This document shows, piece after piece, positions 12,566 to 30,853 of a stretch of 64,000 nucleotides of DNA. Source of the stretch: Paragordius varius (Eukaryota; Animalia; Nematomorpha); the NCBI GenBank assembly GCA_964247055.1, contig OZ176053.1, forward strand, positions 12,524,001 to 12,588,000, in the 5' to 3' direction. Positions within the stretch are counted from its first letter, which is position 1. The number at the start of each line of letters is the position of its first letter. A program made the position numbers and the translations under genes. Under the pieces are notes generated by a model. It saw only the letters and a program-made list of their open reading frames with translations. It had not been told where the DNA came from and ran no database searches.

Positions 12566-15065
12566 GTTTTTTAATTTAAAAAAAGCCAATTTGCTTGAGA
12601 AATCAATATATGATGGATTTAGACATTTAAAATATTAAAATTGCTTAAATTATTTGATATTTTAGTGATTTTAAAATATATTTGAGCACCCTGAAAACAG
12701 TATAAAAACCACAAAGAAATTATATTTTTTTATATTATTTTATTTCGCTAATTTTTATCAACTCATATTGACTAAATATTTCATTTAAGCAGAGTTTCTT
12801 ATAAAAATAGAATTCTAAGAGAAAACTAGTAAGATAAGTTTGACGTCATAGTATATAATAAAAGTCTTTTTATATAATGGTTATACCGTTTTTTTCATGC
12901 TAGAAAAGCTATTATTTTTACTAAAAACGAAATTAACTAAATATATATTTTATCAAAAATATTTCAATGTACAAATCTTCCATGCATTCCTGTATAAATC
13001 AAAGAATAGTATTAAAAGTTATTTGAGATTTTCTAATTCCATATATAGTAAATAATTTTAATATATTGCTTAATAGTTTATTATAAATTTAGTGATGTTT
13101 TATGGAATAAAAATTAAATACCATATTTTTAGAAAAAGTGGGAAAATATTGCCATTTTTTTAATATGGGCCAGCTACAAAGTGAAAATCAATTTTTTTAT
13201 ATCCGTAAAGCACAAAATTGAAAGCATCACGAGAATCTCACTATATTTTAGCCAAATATATTTAGTTTATTAGGATATTTTTGATACCTCGGTTTTGACA
13301 GCGTGGATGATAAAATTAACTCACTAGTTTTTAGTAATGTTTGATGTAATAAAATGGGGACAGTATCAAATCATCTGGTAAACTCTTATTTAACGTTTCT
13401 TATTGGTAAAACACCAGATAATTTAACTTAACGTGCAAAATGCATTGTTTTTGCTAATAAGAAAAAAATACTCTATCTCGTAAACCACATGATTTTTATA
13501 TGTATTTGAATATTTCTATATATATAATATATATTTTAAAATGTTTTCATAATAAAATATATATGTATATATATATATATATTTAAGTACCTGGTGGTTT
13601 TTACAATTGAATAACTATAGCACAAATTTTATTGAAATATTCGTGCTTTTTATGGATTAATACGTGTTACCACTTTTTTACATAAAATCTAAAACCTAAG
13701 TGTCGCTGAGAGGGTGAACAATTTTAAAAGTGATTGAAGGATTATAATCTTATACCATAGAAATCACCATCAAGTTTACATATTATTTTTAGGGCAATAT
13801 TTTTTATACTTCTTACATAAGAATAACAATGTTTGAAAGAGTTATTATACTATATCTATACATCATTATATGTTTACAAATTATAAATTATACGATTTTT
13901 CTTGCTAAATTAAGTTACTTTATTATACTTTTTATTTTGTTTGAGACGTAGGAACTGGAACTCTTAAAATAGTACTCGTTATAATCAATCTTTTTAAAGC
14001 CAAATCTTAATATAATTTGACATTCATAAAAACTTATGTAATATCCAAACAATGTTCTTGTTCACTGGCGTTTTTCATAAAAATTATGTTTGAGCCTAGA
14101 GGCCTACGTTTCACCTAATTTCATTTATAAACTAATACATATAAATCAATTATTTTGACCGCAATATAATTAATTATTTTAATGTCATCCTACACAGGTT
14201 AAAATAAAGTCAATTAAACCTAATGTAATCATTATAATCAACTTTGATGCTTAAGCAAAAGTACATTAATTAAATTAAAAATCAATTCTTTCATCAATTA
14301 AATGAAATCTAAATAGTAGAAATACTTTTATTTTAATGGTACAAATAAACTGTGTGATTATTACTATACTATTATCCTTAAATATATCACAAAGCCATAT
14401 GTTTATTGAATTTCAAAATATATTAATTTTAAGAAGATATTAAACAAATCATATACGCAAGCGTTAAATGGTTTAATCGGAATATGTAATATTGAAATAA
14501 TAATTAGAGCGGACTTCTTCAACTGTTCCAGGATAAGTTTCATTATCATTACATTCAATAGTTCTAAGTAGAGCCAAAACCGCTAACACAAGCAAAAATA
14601 AGCGAAATTGAATGTTCATGTTTTTTTGGATGTAAAAAAATGGAATGAAATTACTTTAAAAAGTTTCCATTTATATAGAAGTATTTTGACATGAAAAAAA
14701 TCCCTTTTTTTGATGGATGTGATTATATGTTTGGGACAAAAGGTGTCAAATATGACATTTCAAATTATGTAATGATCGATCATTCATCATTTAATATTTT
14801 TAAATATTTATATACAATAGGTAGAGTTCTTATTATCAATAAAGACACTTGTATAACTAAGCCCTACTGTGGGAATTTTTGTTTTCTAGAAAAAATGCCT
14901 TTGGGTCTTAGATATTGGTACAAATACTTTTATTTCGAATATAAATACTATCGTATTAAACATTAAATTAAATTGAATCATTTAAAAACTTATTTTTTGG
15001 ATATTTTGTATTCAGAAACATTTAAAATTGATATATTAAAAAAAATTATGATTATCAGGTAAAAA

Positions 15066-17174
15066 TAATGTGACCAGATATTTAGAACACTGGCGCAGTA
15101 CAAAATTAAATACTCTGCTTATTTTTTAACCGGATTTTCGGTGTTTAAATAATATTGTTCGTTACTATTTATAAGCTCATTAGAAACAATTAAAATATTA
15201 AATTTATAAAAAATTTAATATAAATGTATGTACATATAATTATATTATATGTTATATATATGGATATATAATAATACTAGTGTAAATCTCGCGCTGCTAC
15301 GCAGCCCGAGGAAGTACTTCGCTGGTGGTATTTGAAAAAAGGGACAATAAAATAATCCACATATGTGGATTATTTCGAAACATTATTTATTAGCTATGAT
15401 CTCATAGGTTCAAAACGGTGTATTCCTGCTAATATATTGTTTACTTGGGCGAAAAATAGATTCCAATTACTTTTGAATTATTTTGGAATAATGGCATTTT
15501 AAGGGGGAGCGGGTAAAAAGAGGTCCTTAATTTAAAAAGCGAGCCGATTATGTTTGGCGCAATCGAAAATATGTAAACAAAAATCATATTTGAAATTTAA
15601 TGGTCCAACACGTTTTCCAGTGTCTTAAGACACGATTTTTGTGGACTTCTGTTTTCAAAAAAAAACGTTTTTTACACGGGGTGGGCCCGAACTGGGGGCC
15701 TAATTTAAAAAAGGGTGAAGCTATTGTCGAGGCATTCATTAATGATCATATTTTTTCGACATTTGAATTTGAATGGATCTACCGGTTTCCCGGAAATAGA
15801 TCACCAAGCCACTACTTTCCATTTTTATAAATATATAAATTACAATGGTATGTTTGTTTTAAAAAATGCTAATTGTCAAAAACAATATTATTACCAAATA
15901 TATGATAATAAAAATAGAGGGAAACAATATATCTGGTTTTTGTAAGATGCTGTGCAGATAAAATCATTCACACACGTTCTTATAAAAGTTCTGTTCCATA
16001 GCTTTTTGAAAAAAATGTGACTATTTGACACCAGGTAAAATGCGTTGATGAAAAAAAGATAGGTGAATGAATAGAAAATTATTTGAATGCCGACTTTGCT
16101 ACAGTGTAAAATTCAAAAATAATTCAAATAGTTTTGAGTCTACCCAATCAATGGTATGTGACGTGACATTATTATTAAAAATAATTATTTTTTTTATAAT
16201 AGTAATAATATCTAAAAATAATAAATAGATATTTTTCAGATTTTAGTAATTGTCCCAATAATTTATGGTTTTGCGAAATTTTATCTAAAAAAGCTTGAAA
16301 TTTTCTTCTGTATTTTTGACTATTACAATTGCTTTCAAGGTATCTATTGTGAGTTGTGTTTTTTCCGTAATCCATATTTTGTTTGTAAGAAAAGGCACGG
16401 AATAGAAAATTAAAATGAAAAAAACTAATAAAAAAATTATTATGTGTGTCTGTATGTGTGCCAAAATTAAAATAGGTCTATGAATAAGTTTATGCACAGA
16501 ATGAAAAAAAAACTGGATGCAAATTAAAGTTTAGGGAAGCAAAAAATTAAGGAACATACCTCCCACCCAAAACATAAAAAAGTTGTTTTTTCCTAAAAAA
16601 GGGTTATATCATATCGGAACCAAATATAATGAATTTAAATAATATGTTGCGGAAATATAAAAATTTCCCTTTGATAATTATAATTAAAGTAAACTCAAAC
16701 AAAATTTTATTTAGCTAAAACCTATATGAAACAAAAATGAATTTTGAAAAGATCAAATTATTAAAATATTAATTTATTTTGTGTTTATTTTTGAGGTCGC
16801 TTTTGCGGAAGCCCTGAGTGAAAGGTTGGCCTAAATCTGGAATCTGATATTGATAGTTCTGCCATTTCGCGAATGGCTGCATTTATAAGCGATTGACCGG
16901 TCCAAAACCCAAATCCATGTATAATTACAGCAAAAAATAAAATATTGAAATTTAAGGCCAGGGTTTTTTAGAGCAAAAAAAACCATTTATTTATTTTAAC
17001 TAAGGATACTCTACGAATTCTAAAAAACAAAACTTGTATAAATAAATGATAATTAAAACATATTTATAAAAAAATTATTTTAAAAAGCAGTACAAAAGTC
17101 AGCGCAGTACGGGCGCGGTTTTTTTTCGAAAACCCAGTACTGTACTGCGAAAAACAGCTTATCTGGTCACTTTA
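15066..17174. mobile_element. Non-autonomous hAT element
   Basis: TIRs TAATGTGACCAGATA and TATCTGGTCACTTTA. Perfect 8-bp TSD GGTAAAAA at 15058-15065 and 17175-17182. Terminal regions are shared with 33578-34917. Confidence 0.9.
15277..15839 (-). mobile_element. Non-autonomous Helitron-like element nested in the hAT
   Basis: On the minus strand it ends with a GCTGC-GTA-GCAGC hairpin then AGATTTACACTAG|T. The 5' end is A|TTTATATATTTATAAAAATGG, which reads TCTATATA.. in the 45454 copy. Homologous to 44898-45454. Confidence 0.78.
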
Positions 17175-19867
17175 GGTAAAAATAATATCTTTATATGAAT
17201 TTCACTAAATTCTAATTGTTAATATAATAAAACAAATTGGATTCTAAATTTTTTATTACACAAAATTGAGACAATAAAATTTTGCGGTCAAGTCTTTTAA
17301 TAGGTTATTTTTACTTTTAGAGAAATCGCTTTTCATGACTATAAAAAAAATATGTTAAAATAAAATGGGTAAGCATTCACCAAATAATATTGATATCCTA
17401 AATTATTATATGTGCAAAAGTATCATACTTTAGTCGCTGCTTAAAGAGATGCAAAGTGCCGAGAATACGCAATAATATTTCTAATATATGCCAGCATTAA
17501 AAAATTTTGCAGCATGTTATAAGATATAATTTGATCTATTATATCATTAAATTTCAATTTAAAACTGATTTGGGTATTGAAATCTAATAATATCTAAAAA
17601 CAATTTATATTTGGTAAAATGTCAGGGAGAATAAATCAATGAACATTTATAATGCTGAGGTTATCTTTAGCGACACATGATTTGATACTTTTAATTATTG
17701 ATTATCTCGTAAGCTTTTAAATACATTATGAAAATGATATATTATAATATTAAAGCGAACAACGCTTTATAAAAAAAATCATCATGAAGTCTATAAATCA
17801 AATAAATAATTGATTTAATTGCCTTTATATTGAATGCACCTCATCTCACCGGGTCTTACAAATGTTTATGATTTCAGGTTAAATATTTAATCATCATCAC
17901 ACATTTAGCTTCTTATATACCAAACATATGTTATTATCAACTAAAGTACACCGACCATTTAATACAACGCTCATATTTTTTGTGTCGATCAAACGACAAA
18001 CGGATAGAAATAGATTATACAAAACTCTAGGATCATATATTTATCGTTTATAATCAGTCAAATTTCTTTTTCTGTAACATTAGCGACGCATATTGCCAAT
18101 TAAAGGCTGTTGAAATTTAACGTTTGGCAAATACATATATATGGTCAAATATCGCTTAACACATGCGAATTTGGTTTCACATATTAAAAATATATCATAT
18201 TTAAGAGTCAGTGACCTCGGTACGCACAAATGTGCCGCTTAAGTGCAAGCGTTATAAGATGATGTCACAAATCAATAACAATAATTGACATAGACGCATA
18301 GATCACAAATAACAAAATGTTACCAGCAATAGGAAAAACCACCAAACTAGTTGATGGGTGCCGTACAAGAATGAATGTAATCTAAAATCACAAAGTGACT
18401 TGTATAATACAACGTTATAAAAAAACTTATTTTTACATCAAATTGGGGTTGATGAGAAATCGTTTTTGTAAATAAACGGAAATATTGGTATCGTTCGCTA
18501 TGAACTTTACTTCCTTAACACACAACACTATCATCAACATATCAAATCATGCATTAATAAAACGACCACAATCGGCCAGCAAAGTAATTTTGATACAAGA
18601 CAATGATCTGTCTCACACAACAAAATCAATGGAAAAAGCCTTGTAATCCTTCAATGGCTTTCATTCGCATCCGCTGAACTTTACGGACTAAGCGCCATCT
18701 AACTTTACAACTACGCATCCATAACGTTCTCGCATCGCAGCACTTTAATAATTTCGAAGGCGTTAGAATATGGTTTAACAAATGGTTTTCTGAAAAACCA
18801 GCCAGGTTTTCTTCCGTGTTCTTATTATTATCCAGAGAAGGTCGTAATGGGTGAAAGTCAATTACTTTTTTGAACTAAAATTGATTTATTTAAATTCACA
18901 AATTTTTTGCCAACCGGTAACTAAGGATTAAACCAGGGGTCTCTAACACAAATGGCTTGAAGAGCCATATTTAAAATAAATATTATTTAATCAAAAAACT
19001 TATATAAATTAATAAAATATTATAATATTGCTAAAATTGCTGTTAAATTATATATGTGTAAAAACAAATTTGATGAAAAGCATGGACATAAACTTAATTT
19101 TTATACATATGTCTGCCAATGATGAAAGCACAAATATAGAATCTATCACAATTAATTATTACGTAAATTTGGTGAATTTTATTTCAGAACCCAAACTTAC
19201 CCTACTTAAATTCCTGAAAACTGAGTTTAATGCAATTAAATATATTAGACATTATATCAATATATGTACGGGCTACCGAGATTATATTATTGAATTACCA
19301 ACGTCTTAATGAAAATCAATATGAACAATAAACTGTTTTCACTTAAATTCAAAATTCCTAATGACCGATGTGGTTAGAAATGTAGAGTTATTTTTTTATA
19401 ATCATCTGTGAAGCATAAATAATTTAAAATATGTTTAAAAATATTGATATCTTGGAGATATTTTTTCAAGTGGATTTTTAAAAATATGGCTCTTTCACCA
19501 AATAAATTAAATAAACATAACAATCGCAAATATTTTCGAATAAGTAAAAATAAATCCAAATATACAACCATTAATATAGTTATGGTGGTTTCAAAAATAT
19601 GGCTTTTTCACCAAATAACTAATAAATAATTACCAGTGGCAAGTTTTCAAAGGATTTGAGGATTATAAAGAAAATAAATGAATATGATGACAAATATTAT
19701 AAAAAAAATTTATGTAACTTATTTAAAATTGATACCTTTTGAAAATTTGTTTAACTTTTTATAACCTCTTAAAAAGCCAATCAGGCCACAAGTGGCTCAA
19801 AACCACATAACCCTGAAATGCTTTTAGAATATATTTTATATAATGTTTTAATTATGTTAAAATAAAT

Positions 19868-20059
19868 CTACGGTAGGCATACTAGACAGGAACAGTGATC
19901 CAGAAAGTGTTTAGTCTCAGGTGGCAAAAAAATAAAAAGGGTGGGAGTTAAGGTGTGCGGAATGAAAGGTGGTTCAGGTTCATAGAGAGGCTGAAAGACG
20001 AAAATAATTCTGAAATCGCGAGAGAAAAGTAAAGCTTTTAAAATGTGGAGGTTACCCAC
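19868..20059 (+). mobile_element. RTE LINE fragment: upstream part of the RTE that continues at 11469
   Basis: Degenerate translation ..IKRVGVKVCGMKGG..SREKSKAFKMWRL ends in CCCAC at the gypsy LTR. It joins naturally to QAEDKEKYKR at 11474. Confidence 0.7.
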
Positions 20060-23000
20060 TGTGATAAGCGAAAAAAGGGAATTTATTTATATATTATAAA
20101 AAATTATCTTCCATTATATATAGTTTTAGAGCGAGGTTGCATTTTTGTATAAGGTTAAATACTTCAATATTTAGATGAAAGCATTCACAAGTTATATATT
20201 TGCATAAGGTTCAATATTACAGTATTTAGGTAAAAGCATTCACAACCAAGATAATATACATTTTTAGCGTAACAAGTACAAAGGTGTATTATACACAAAG
20301 GTAAGAGAGAAGGATATTATATTTTCATAAGGTAACTAAATAACACCAATTGAGTCAAGTTAACAAAAACAATTAAGTTATTATACATAACATATCTCCT
20401 ATCTAATTTAAAAGTGATTTGTGTATCTGTCAGGGGCTTTTCGGCTTCTGGTAGGATAGCGTCTCTCGACTGGTACTTCAAGGCTTGAGGGTTCTGCAAT
20501 CTTATCGCCGTTGGGACTTTGCTGATTATTGTGGAAATCTTGACAAAAATCCGGGAAGGATTGGTATCATCATTATTAATATTGTCATCAATAGGAGGAC
20601 CATGCAATGGGGTGATAATATCATTATTATTCTGTTGTTCCGATTCCAATTTTTTCGGTTCGTCTAGCTTAAGTTAATCAGGACCTTCTTTTCACCTTCT
20701 TAATTGATCAGTATGCTTTCGTAGAACCCTCCCTCTATCTTCGATATTGTAGGACAATAATCCAGTCCGCTCTACAACTTTTCCCTCTCCCCAACCTGCT
20801 TCTAACTCATTCTTTATAAACACTTTCTCACCTAGAACGAACTTACGTATACTATCTTAGGTACCATCGATATAATCCTTAGGGTTTCCTTTCATCCAGG
20901 ACAGCGATGTCGGTAAATTTCGTTTTAAAATAGTCGTGCAGGTGTCTCATTTATACCATTGTGATATGCTGATCTGTAAGCCCACAGCTGGTTTAACCGG
21001 CGTTCTGGATCTGCTACTTCAGAACACGTATAATAGTGCGTTTTCATTGTTTGAATGACCCTTTCCACTAAACCATTTGTGCGAGGGTGGTATGGCGCAG
21101 AGGTTACATGCTTGATATAAGAGGAACTTAATATTCTTTCAAAATCACCGGACTTAAAATACGACGCATTATCAGTTACGATCATCTCTGGGGTACCATA
21201 TCGTGCAAACCAATCTTCTAAAACTTTCAAAATACTGATCAAGTTCACTGTTTTAAGCTGTGCTACTTCCACCCAACGGGTGCAATGATCTATAAGTATG
21301 ACCCAGTAGAGGTTATCTACGGGCCCCGCTATATCGAGATGCAATCGCTCCCAAACGGTGGTATTCGGGTTCCATTTATAAGTCGGGCTTACATCCTTGC
21401 ACCCATTTTTCAATATCCTGGTTTAATTTCGGCCAAAACACACCACTCTTACCTAACGCTTTTATAGACTGTATACCAGGGTGACCTTTATGAAGATAGT
21501 TAAGAACATCAACCCTCATGCTTTGAGGCACAATAAGGCGGTCACCTAGATATAGAAGGCCGTATGATTCCTCAAATTAATTTCCAATGGTTTATAGGAC
21601 AGCACCCCCTGATGAGACCAATCATTAGTCTTTCGTGCTGTTTAATCTGTTTACACGTCTCATCGCTCATAGTTTCCTTAAGCACCCCCTCCTTGTTTAA
21701 GTTTAACTCCTGTCCTCGTCATTGTCACACTCTTCAGTTATCTCAATCGGTAGTCTTGATAGTGAGTCTGCAGATTTTCGGTTCCCGGGTAGTACATTAT
21801 GTTAAGTCGAAAATGGATGTTTTTGAAATCCATCTTAGTAATTTACTATTGTTTAGCTCGCTTAATACACGTTGCTGCCCGAATAATTTGATAAGAGGTT
21901 TATGATCTGTTCTGATCTCAAACTTTCTACCATATAAAAACGTTTTAAACTTCTTAAGGGCCAATACAATGGCTTTTGCCTCTTTTTCTATAACCGAATA
22001 ATTTTTCTCTGCTGGGGAACATTTTTTTGAAAAATATGCAATGGGTCGTTTACCTTCCGACGTCCTGTGCGACAGGATGGCCCCAAACCCCTCCCCAGAT
22101 GCGTTTGTTTCTAGAATAAGGGTAATTCTGGGGTTAAAAGGGAAGAGGCGGCTGTTATTTCCTATTAATAACTTCTCCCTTTCAAGAATATTTTGGTGTA
22201 TCTCGGTCCAACACCATTTCATTTTGACAGCTAGCTGATGGAGTTCGTTAACAATTGTATTTAGAGAAGGTATAAATCGTGAATGAAAGTTTAAAGGGCC
22301 CAAAAACGAACGGAGACTTGTTTTATCTTTAGGGGCTGGACACTCGCGAATAAGCATAATCTTACTGCTCGCTGGTTTTATACTTTTTTCTGATATAGAA
22401 GACCCCAAATATTCTACTTTCTGTTGAAAAAGCTTTATTTTATCTTTTTTTAATTAAGACCCATTCGTTCTAATCTTTCAAATACTTGTGTTGGGTTTCT
22501 ATAATGCTCCTCATCCGTTTCCCCCGTAACAATTACATCATCTAAGTAGACCGCTGTTCCCTTACAATCGCTTAATAGCTCATCCATGATCTGTTGGAAA
22601 AAATAAGGTGCGCACGACAGACCAAAAGGGAGCCTAGTATATTTAAAAAACCCAAGAGGTGTGGATATTGTGAGAAGATTTTGAGATTCCGGAATGCACT
22701 GGAATCTGAAAAAAGGCATCTTCTAAATCTAATGTTGAAAACGTCCTACCATGTGAAATTTTGGAAACTAAATCATCAAATGTTGGTATTATATATTGAG
22801 GTGTTTTAATGTATTTGTTTATTGACACTTTAAAATCTGCGCATATTCTTAACCCATTATTTGACTTTAATACGTTTAATATAGGACTTGACCAACAAAT
22901 TTTAGATGCTTGGGGTCCACTGGTTCATTAATTTTTAAGGATACTAGCCTTTTGATCTCTTCTCTTAATTTCTCTTGTAAGGCCAAGGGAACCCTTCTAG

Positions 23001-23470
23001 CCGAAAATACCCGGCCCCTACTATTGTTTAAAAATACTTTATGGGTTACCCTTTCCAACAACCCAATATGTTATCAAATAAAAACTTAAATTTATTGTAA
23101 ATATCGGTTGTGTGATATAATTTATTAATATGTAATTCGTTAAATGGGATATTGAATAGCTGGATCCAATCCATGCCAAATGTTAAGGGAAGATGTCTTT
23201 TTGTAATAAAGCACTTTGTTATCTTTTTTATCTCCTATTATGTGTAATGGATTATTATCATAAGTGTTTATGTTAAAATTAATGGGTTAAAGATATGTCG
23301 GCCCCTGTGTCGAATAACATTTCGACGTGGGTTGAGTTTATTTTTACATTTAGTTTAGGTTTATTTACGATATTATTCACATACCTGTTATTGATAGCAT
23401 ATTTGTTTTCGCATTGGCTGCCGAAATGATTTTTAAGTTAACAAAAACAATTAAGTTATCAAACATAACA
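20060..23470 (-). mobile_element. Ty3/gypsy LTR retrotransposon, decayed and internally deleted; copy G2
   Basis: LTR at 20060-20392. The internal pol region is colinear with G1 (integrase ORF 20925-21413, RNaseH 21797-22408, RT 22450-22828). Gag and most of the other LTR are deleted, leaving a ~36-bp LTR terminus at 23435-23470. Confidence 0.93.
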
Positions 23471-24790
23471 GGTATCAAAAAGTAACAGCAAATTTATTAG
23501 CGTCTGCAAGGCTGAGGTATGTGTATATAAGTATTTGCCATAATTATCCTTGAATACAAAACTAGTCTATTAAAGAGGTGTTAAGATAATTAGAGGTACA
23601 AAATTTTGACATCTGAAGATATTACTGAAAAAAACTTTAAGGTAATATAAGATATGATATAATAGTATATATGTACTCTACGGGCCTTTTGAGAAAATAT
23701 TGTTGTATACCATGTATATGTATTGTTGAAATAATATAAATCGTAGAGCTGTTTTTATATTAAACTGCATTGTATAATCAAATTTGTTCCTTTAATATAC
23801 AGCTAATTGCAAGTTATTTTTGAAAAATACACTAAATTTATGTGAAAATGTCATTTAGATTTCATAACCAATCGCCCATAACTTTAAATAAAAAATATAA
23901 AACATTATTAACACTTGAATACAACACCATTTAAGTCCTTCGTTTCAAATTGGGGCGGTTGGATAGCCCAGACTTGTTTAAAAATATAATAATTGGGGGA
24001 CCATGGCAAAATTTGCACTTATATAACATTTATGATTCGATATAAAGAAAAATTTCAAAAATACATTATAATACTTATTTTATAGTAAAAACTTAAGGTA
24101 TTTAGCCAACATGACATGTGTCCATTAACTCAATTAAAAATACATAATAAACCACTTTTTATGTAATTAGATGTAATTATAATTTGAATTTGCGTTAGAT
24201 TTTAAAAAAACTACTGAAGGAAACGGTCCCAATTTAAATTTTTGCCTCTATCCTAATAAAGATTATATAATATGCAAAAATATCTAAATAAAATTTTGTT
24301 TTAAACAAATCCATGTCCAACTACTTCGACGCCATTTTTATTTTAAAATTTTTGCAAAATTTCGTCTTCATTTAATTTTAAGGGTAAAATTAGAGCTACT
24401 TTTTCATTTAAATTACATCTTGATAGAAAAAGAAAAAGCGGTTTATTTTGTATTATTTTTTAATTTCATTGCACACTCAGGTAGACTAAATTTTCACCTT
24501 TTTTGGCCTTTAAAAAATAATATCAAGTTATTTAGAATATAATTATTTTATATTTCGGTTTATTAATGTTATATAAGTTCAAAATTTTACCAAGGTTTAG
24601 ATATGTTCCATATTTTTTTAAAAAAATTAATTCAAACAGGCCTGGAATAGTTAACTAACCCAATTAGAATCAAAGGACTAAAATGAATGTGTTGTATCCA
24701 AGCGATAAATATCTTTTTTTATTTATTATGATTATAATGTAAATGGGTACTATTTAAATTTCAATAAAGCAAATTTGGATCAATAGTTAG

Positions 24791-29581
<4,791 letters not shown>

Positions 29582-29905
29582 AATGTGTGTTTCTGTTTTT
29601 AGCTAAATGAAAACTACACATATACATTATAGTCAATTTTTCTCCAGTCAATCCATAATATATACCTACTGCAATCTTATTTTTGTGTGTTTCCTTTAAG
29701 TATTATGATAATTTCATTGCCAAAATTTTTTACACCTTTTTTTGGACAATTAATATTCCTTTAAACTGTTTTTAAATATTCATTTTACACGTATATGATG
29801 TGATTACAAATACTGCTAGCTGACATAATAATAAATTTGTGCTTTAAATAACGCATATTAATCATTGCATTTGAAAGTTGATTGTTGTTATTGATTATCG
29901 ATTTA

Positions 29906-30220
29906 ATGATGTATGAAGGTGATATTATCCAGAAAAGGCCTCTATTGATCCAAATGAAATTGTTGATATCTTTGAAACATTTTTGGGAGAGCGTAACAAA
30001 ATACGTTGGTTTATTATTCAAAAATATTTTTGTACTTTTCTTTCTTTTGGGTGCCGTGTATTGTGCGCTGTACCTAACTTTTTATTTTGTATTCCCTTTT
30101 GTCATTGGAATCCTAACCTCATTTTCGCTTATTTTCTCCATCATATTTATCATTGGAAAAGCCATCAAATCTCACATGGAATATAATCGAATGCTTAACG
30201 AACTAAATAGTTATGAATGA
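29906..30220 (+). CDS. Possible small membrane protein of unknown family (104 aa)
   Basis: An open frame of more than 100 codons in very AT-rich DNA with a long hydrophobic stretch (IFVLFFLLGAVYCALYLTFYFVFPFVIGILTSFSLIFSIIFIIG). No recognisable homology. Confidence 0.3.
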   Translation: MMYEGDIIQKRPLLIQMKLLISLKHFWESVTKYVGLLFKNIFVLFFLLGAVYCALYLTFYFVFPFVIGILTSFSLIFSIIFIIGKAIKSHMEYNRMLNELNSYE

Positions 30221-30610
30221 TAATTACCAATTTTCTACGGTGCCTTTAATAGTTATTTTCTATCGGGAAATGTGTGATTTTTTATACCATAAAAAATGTT
30301 TAATAGGTTTGAATAAAATTAAATTTTAACCTTTTATTGTTAATTTATATTTTATTTTACAGTAAAATTTTATATATCTCCGTTTTCTGGCTATTGAAGT
30401 TCTGATTATATTTTTTAAATAAACAATATATATCAATCGAGCCTAATCAATATAGATCTCCATTATGCTCAACTTTTGCGAATTGAAAAAATAACATAAG
30501 GTCATTGTTAACCTATGCACTTGCATTAAAAATATGTTATAAAATTTTTTTTGGATGAAAACAAGGTTTTTATAGGTAATAGTTTATTCAAGATGATTGG
30601 TAGGTCAGGA

Positions 30611-30853
30611 CAGAGGCTAATCCATTTCTGGCCCCCGATGAATTCGTGATGGCGCCTCCACCCTTCTCCTAGCGACCAGTTTGCATTTTAAAAAAATAAT
30701 CAAATTCAAACCGTGATCATTACCACTCATAAATGGGTGATTTTTTATTGTATTATAAATACCTATTTTATAAATAAAATTAGCATTTATAAAATCCGGC
30801 CACTCGATGCATCAGCCCCCCCCTTCCCCCGCCTTCCTTTGGCTACGTCTCTG
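30611..30853. mobile_element. Degenerate MITE, probably hAT
   Basis: Imperfect termini CAGAGGC-TAATCC and GGCTACGTCTCTG. Flanks GGTCAGGA and GGCCAGGG match at 6 of 8 positions. GC-rich relative to its surroundings. Confidence 0.4.

Noticed and set aside
18934-19815. hAT MITE (CAGGGGTCTC...ACCCTG)
   Set aside because: The termini match poorly and there is no TSD, so the boundaries are not supportable.
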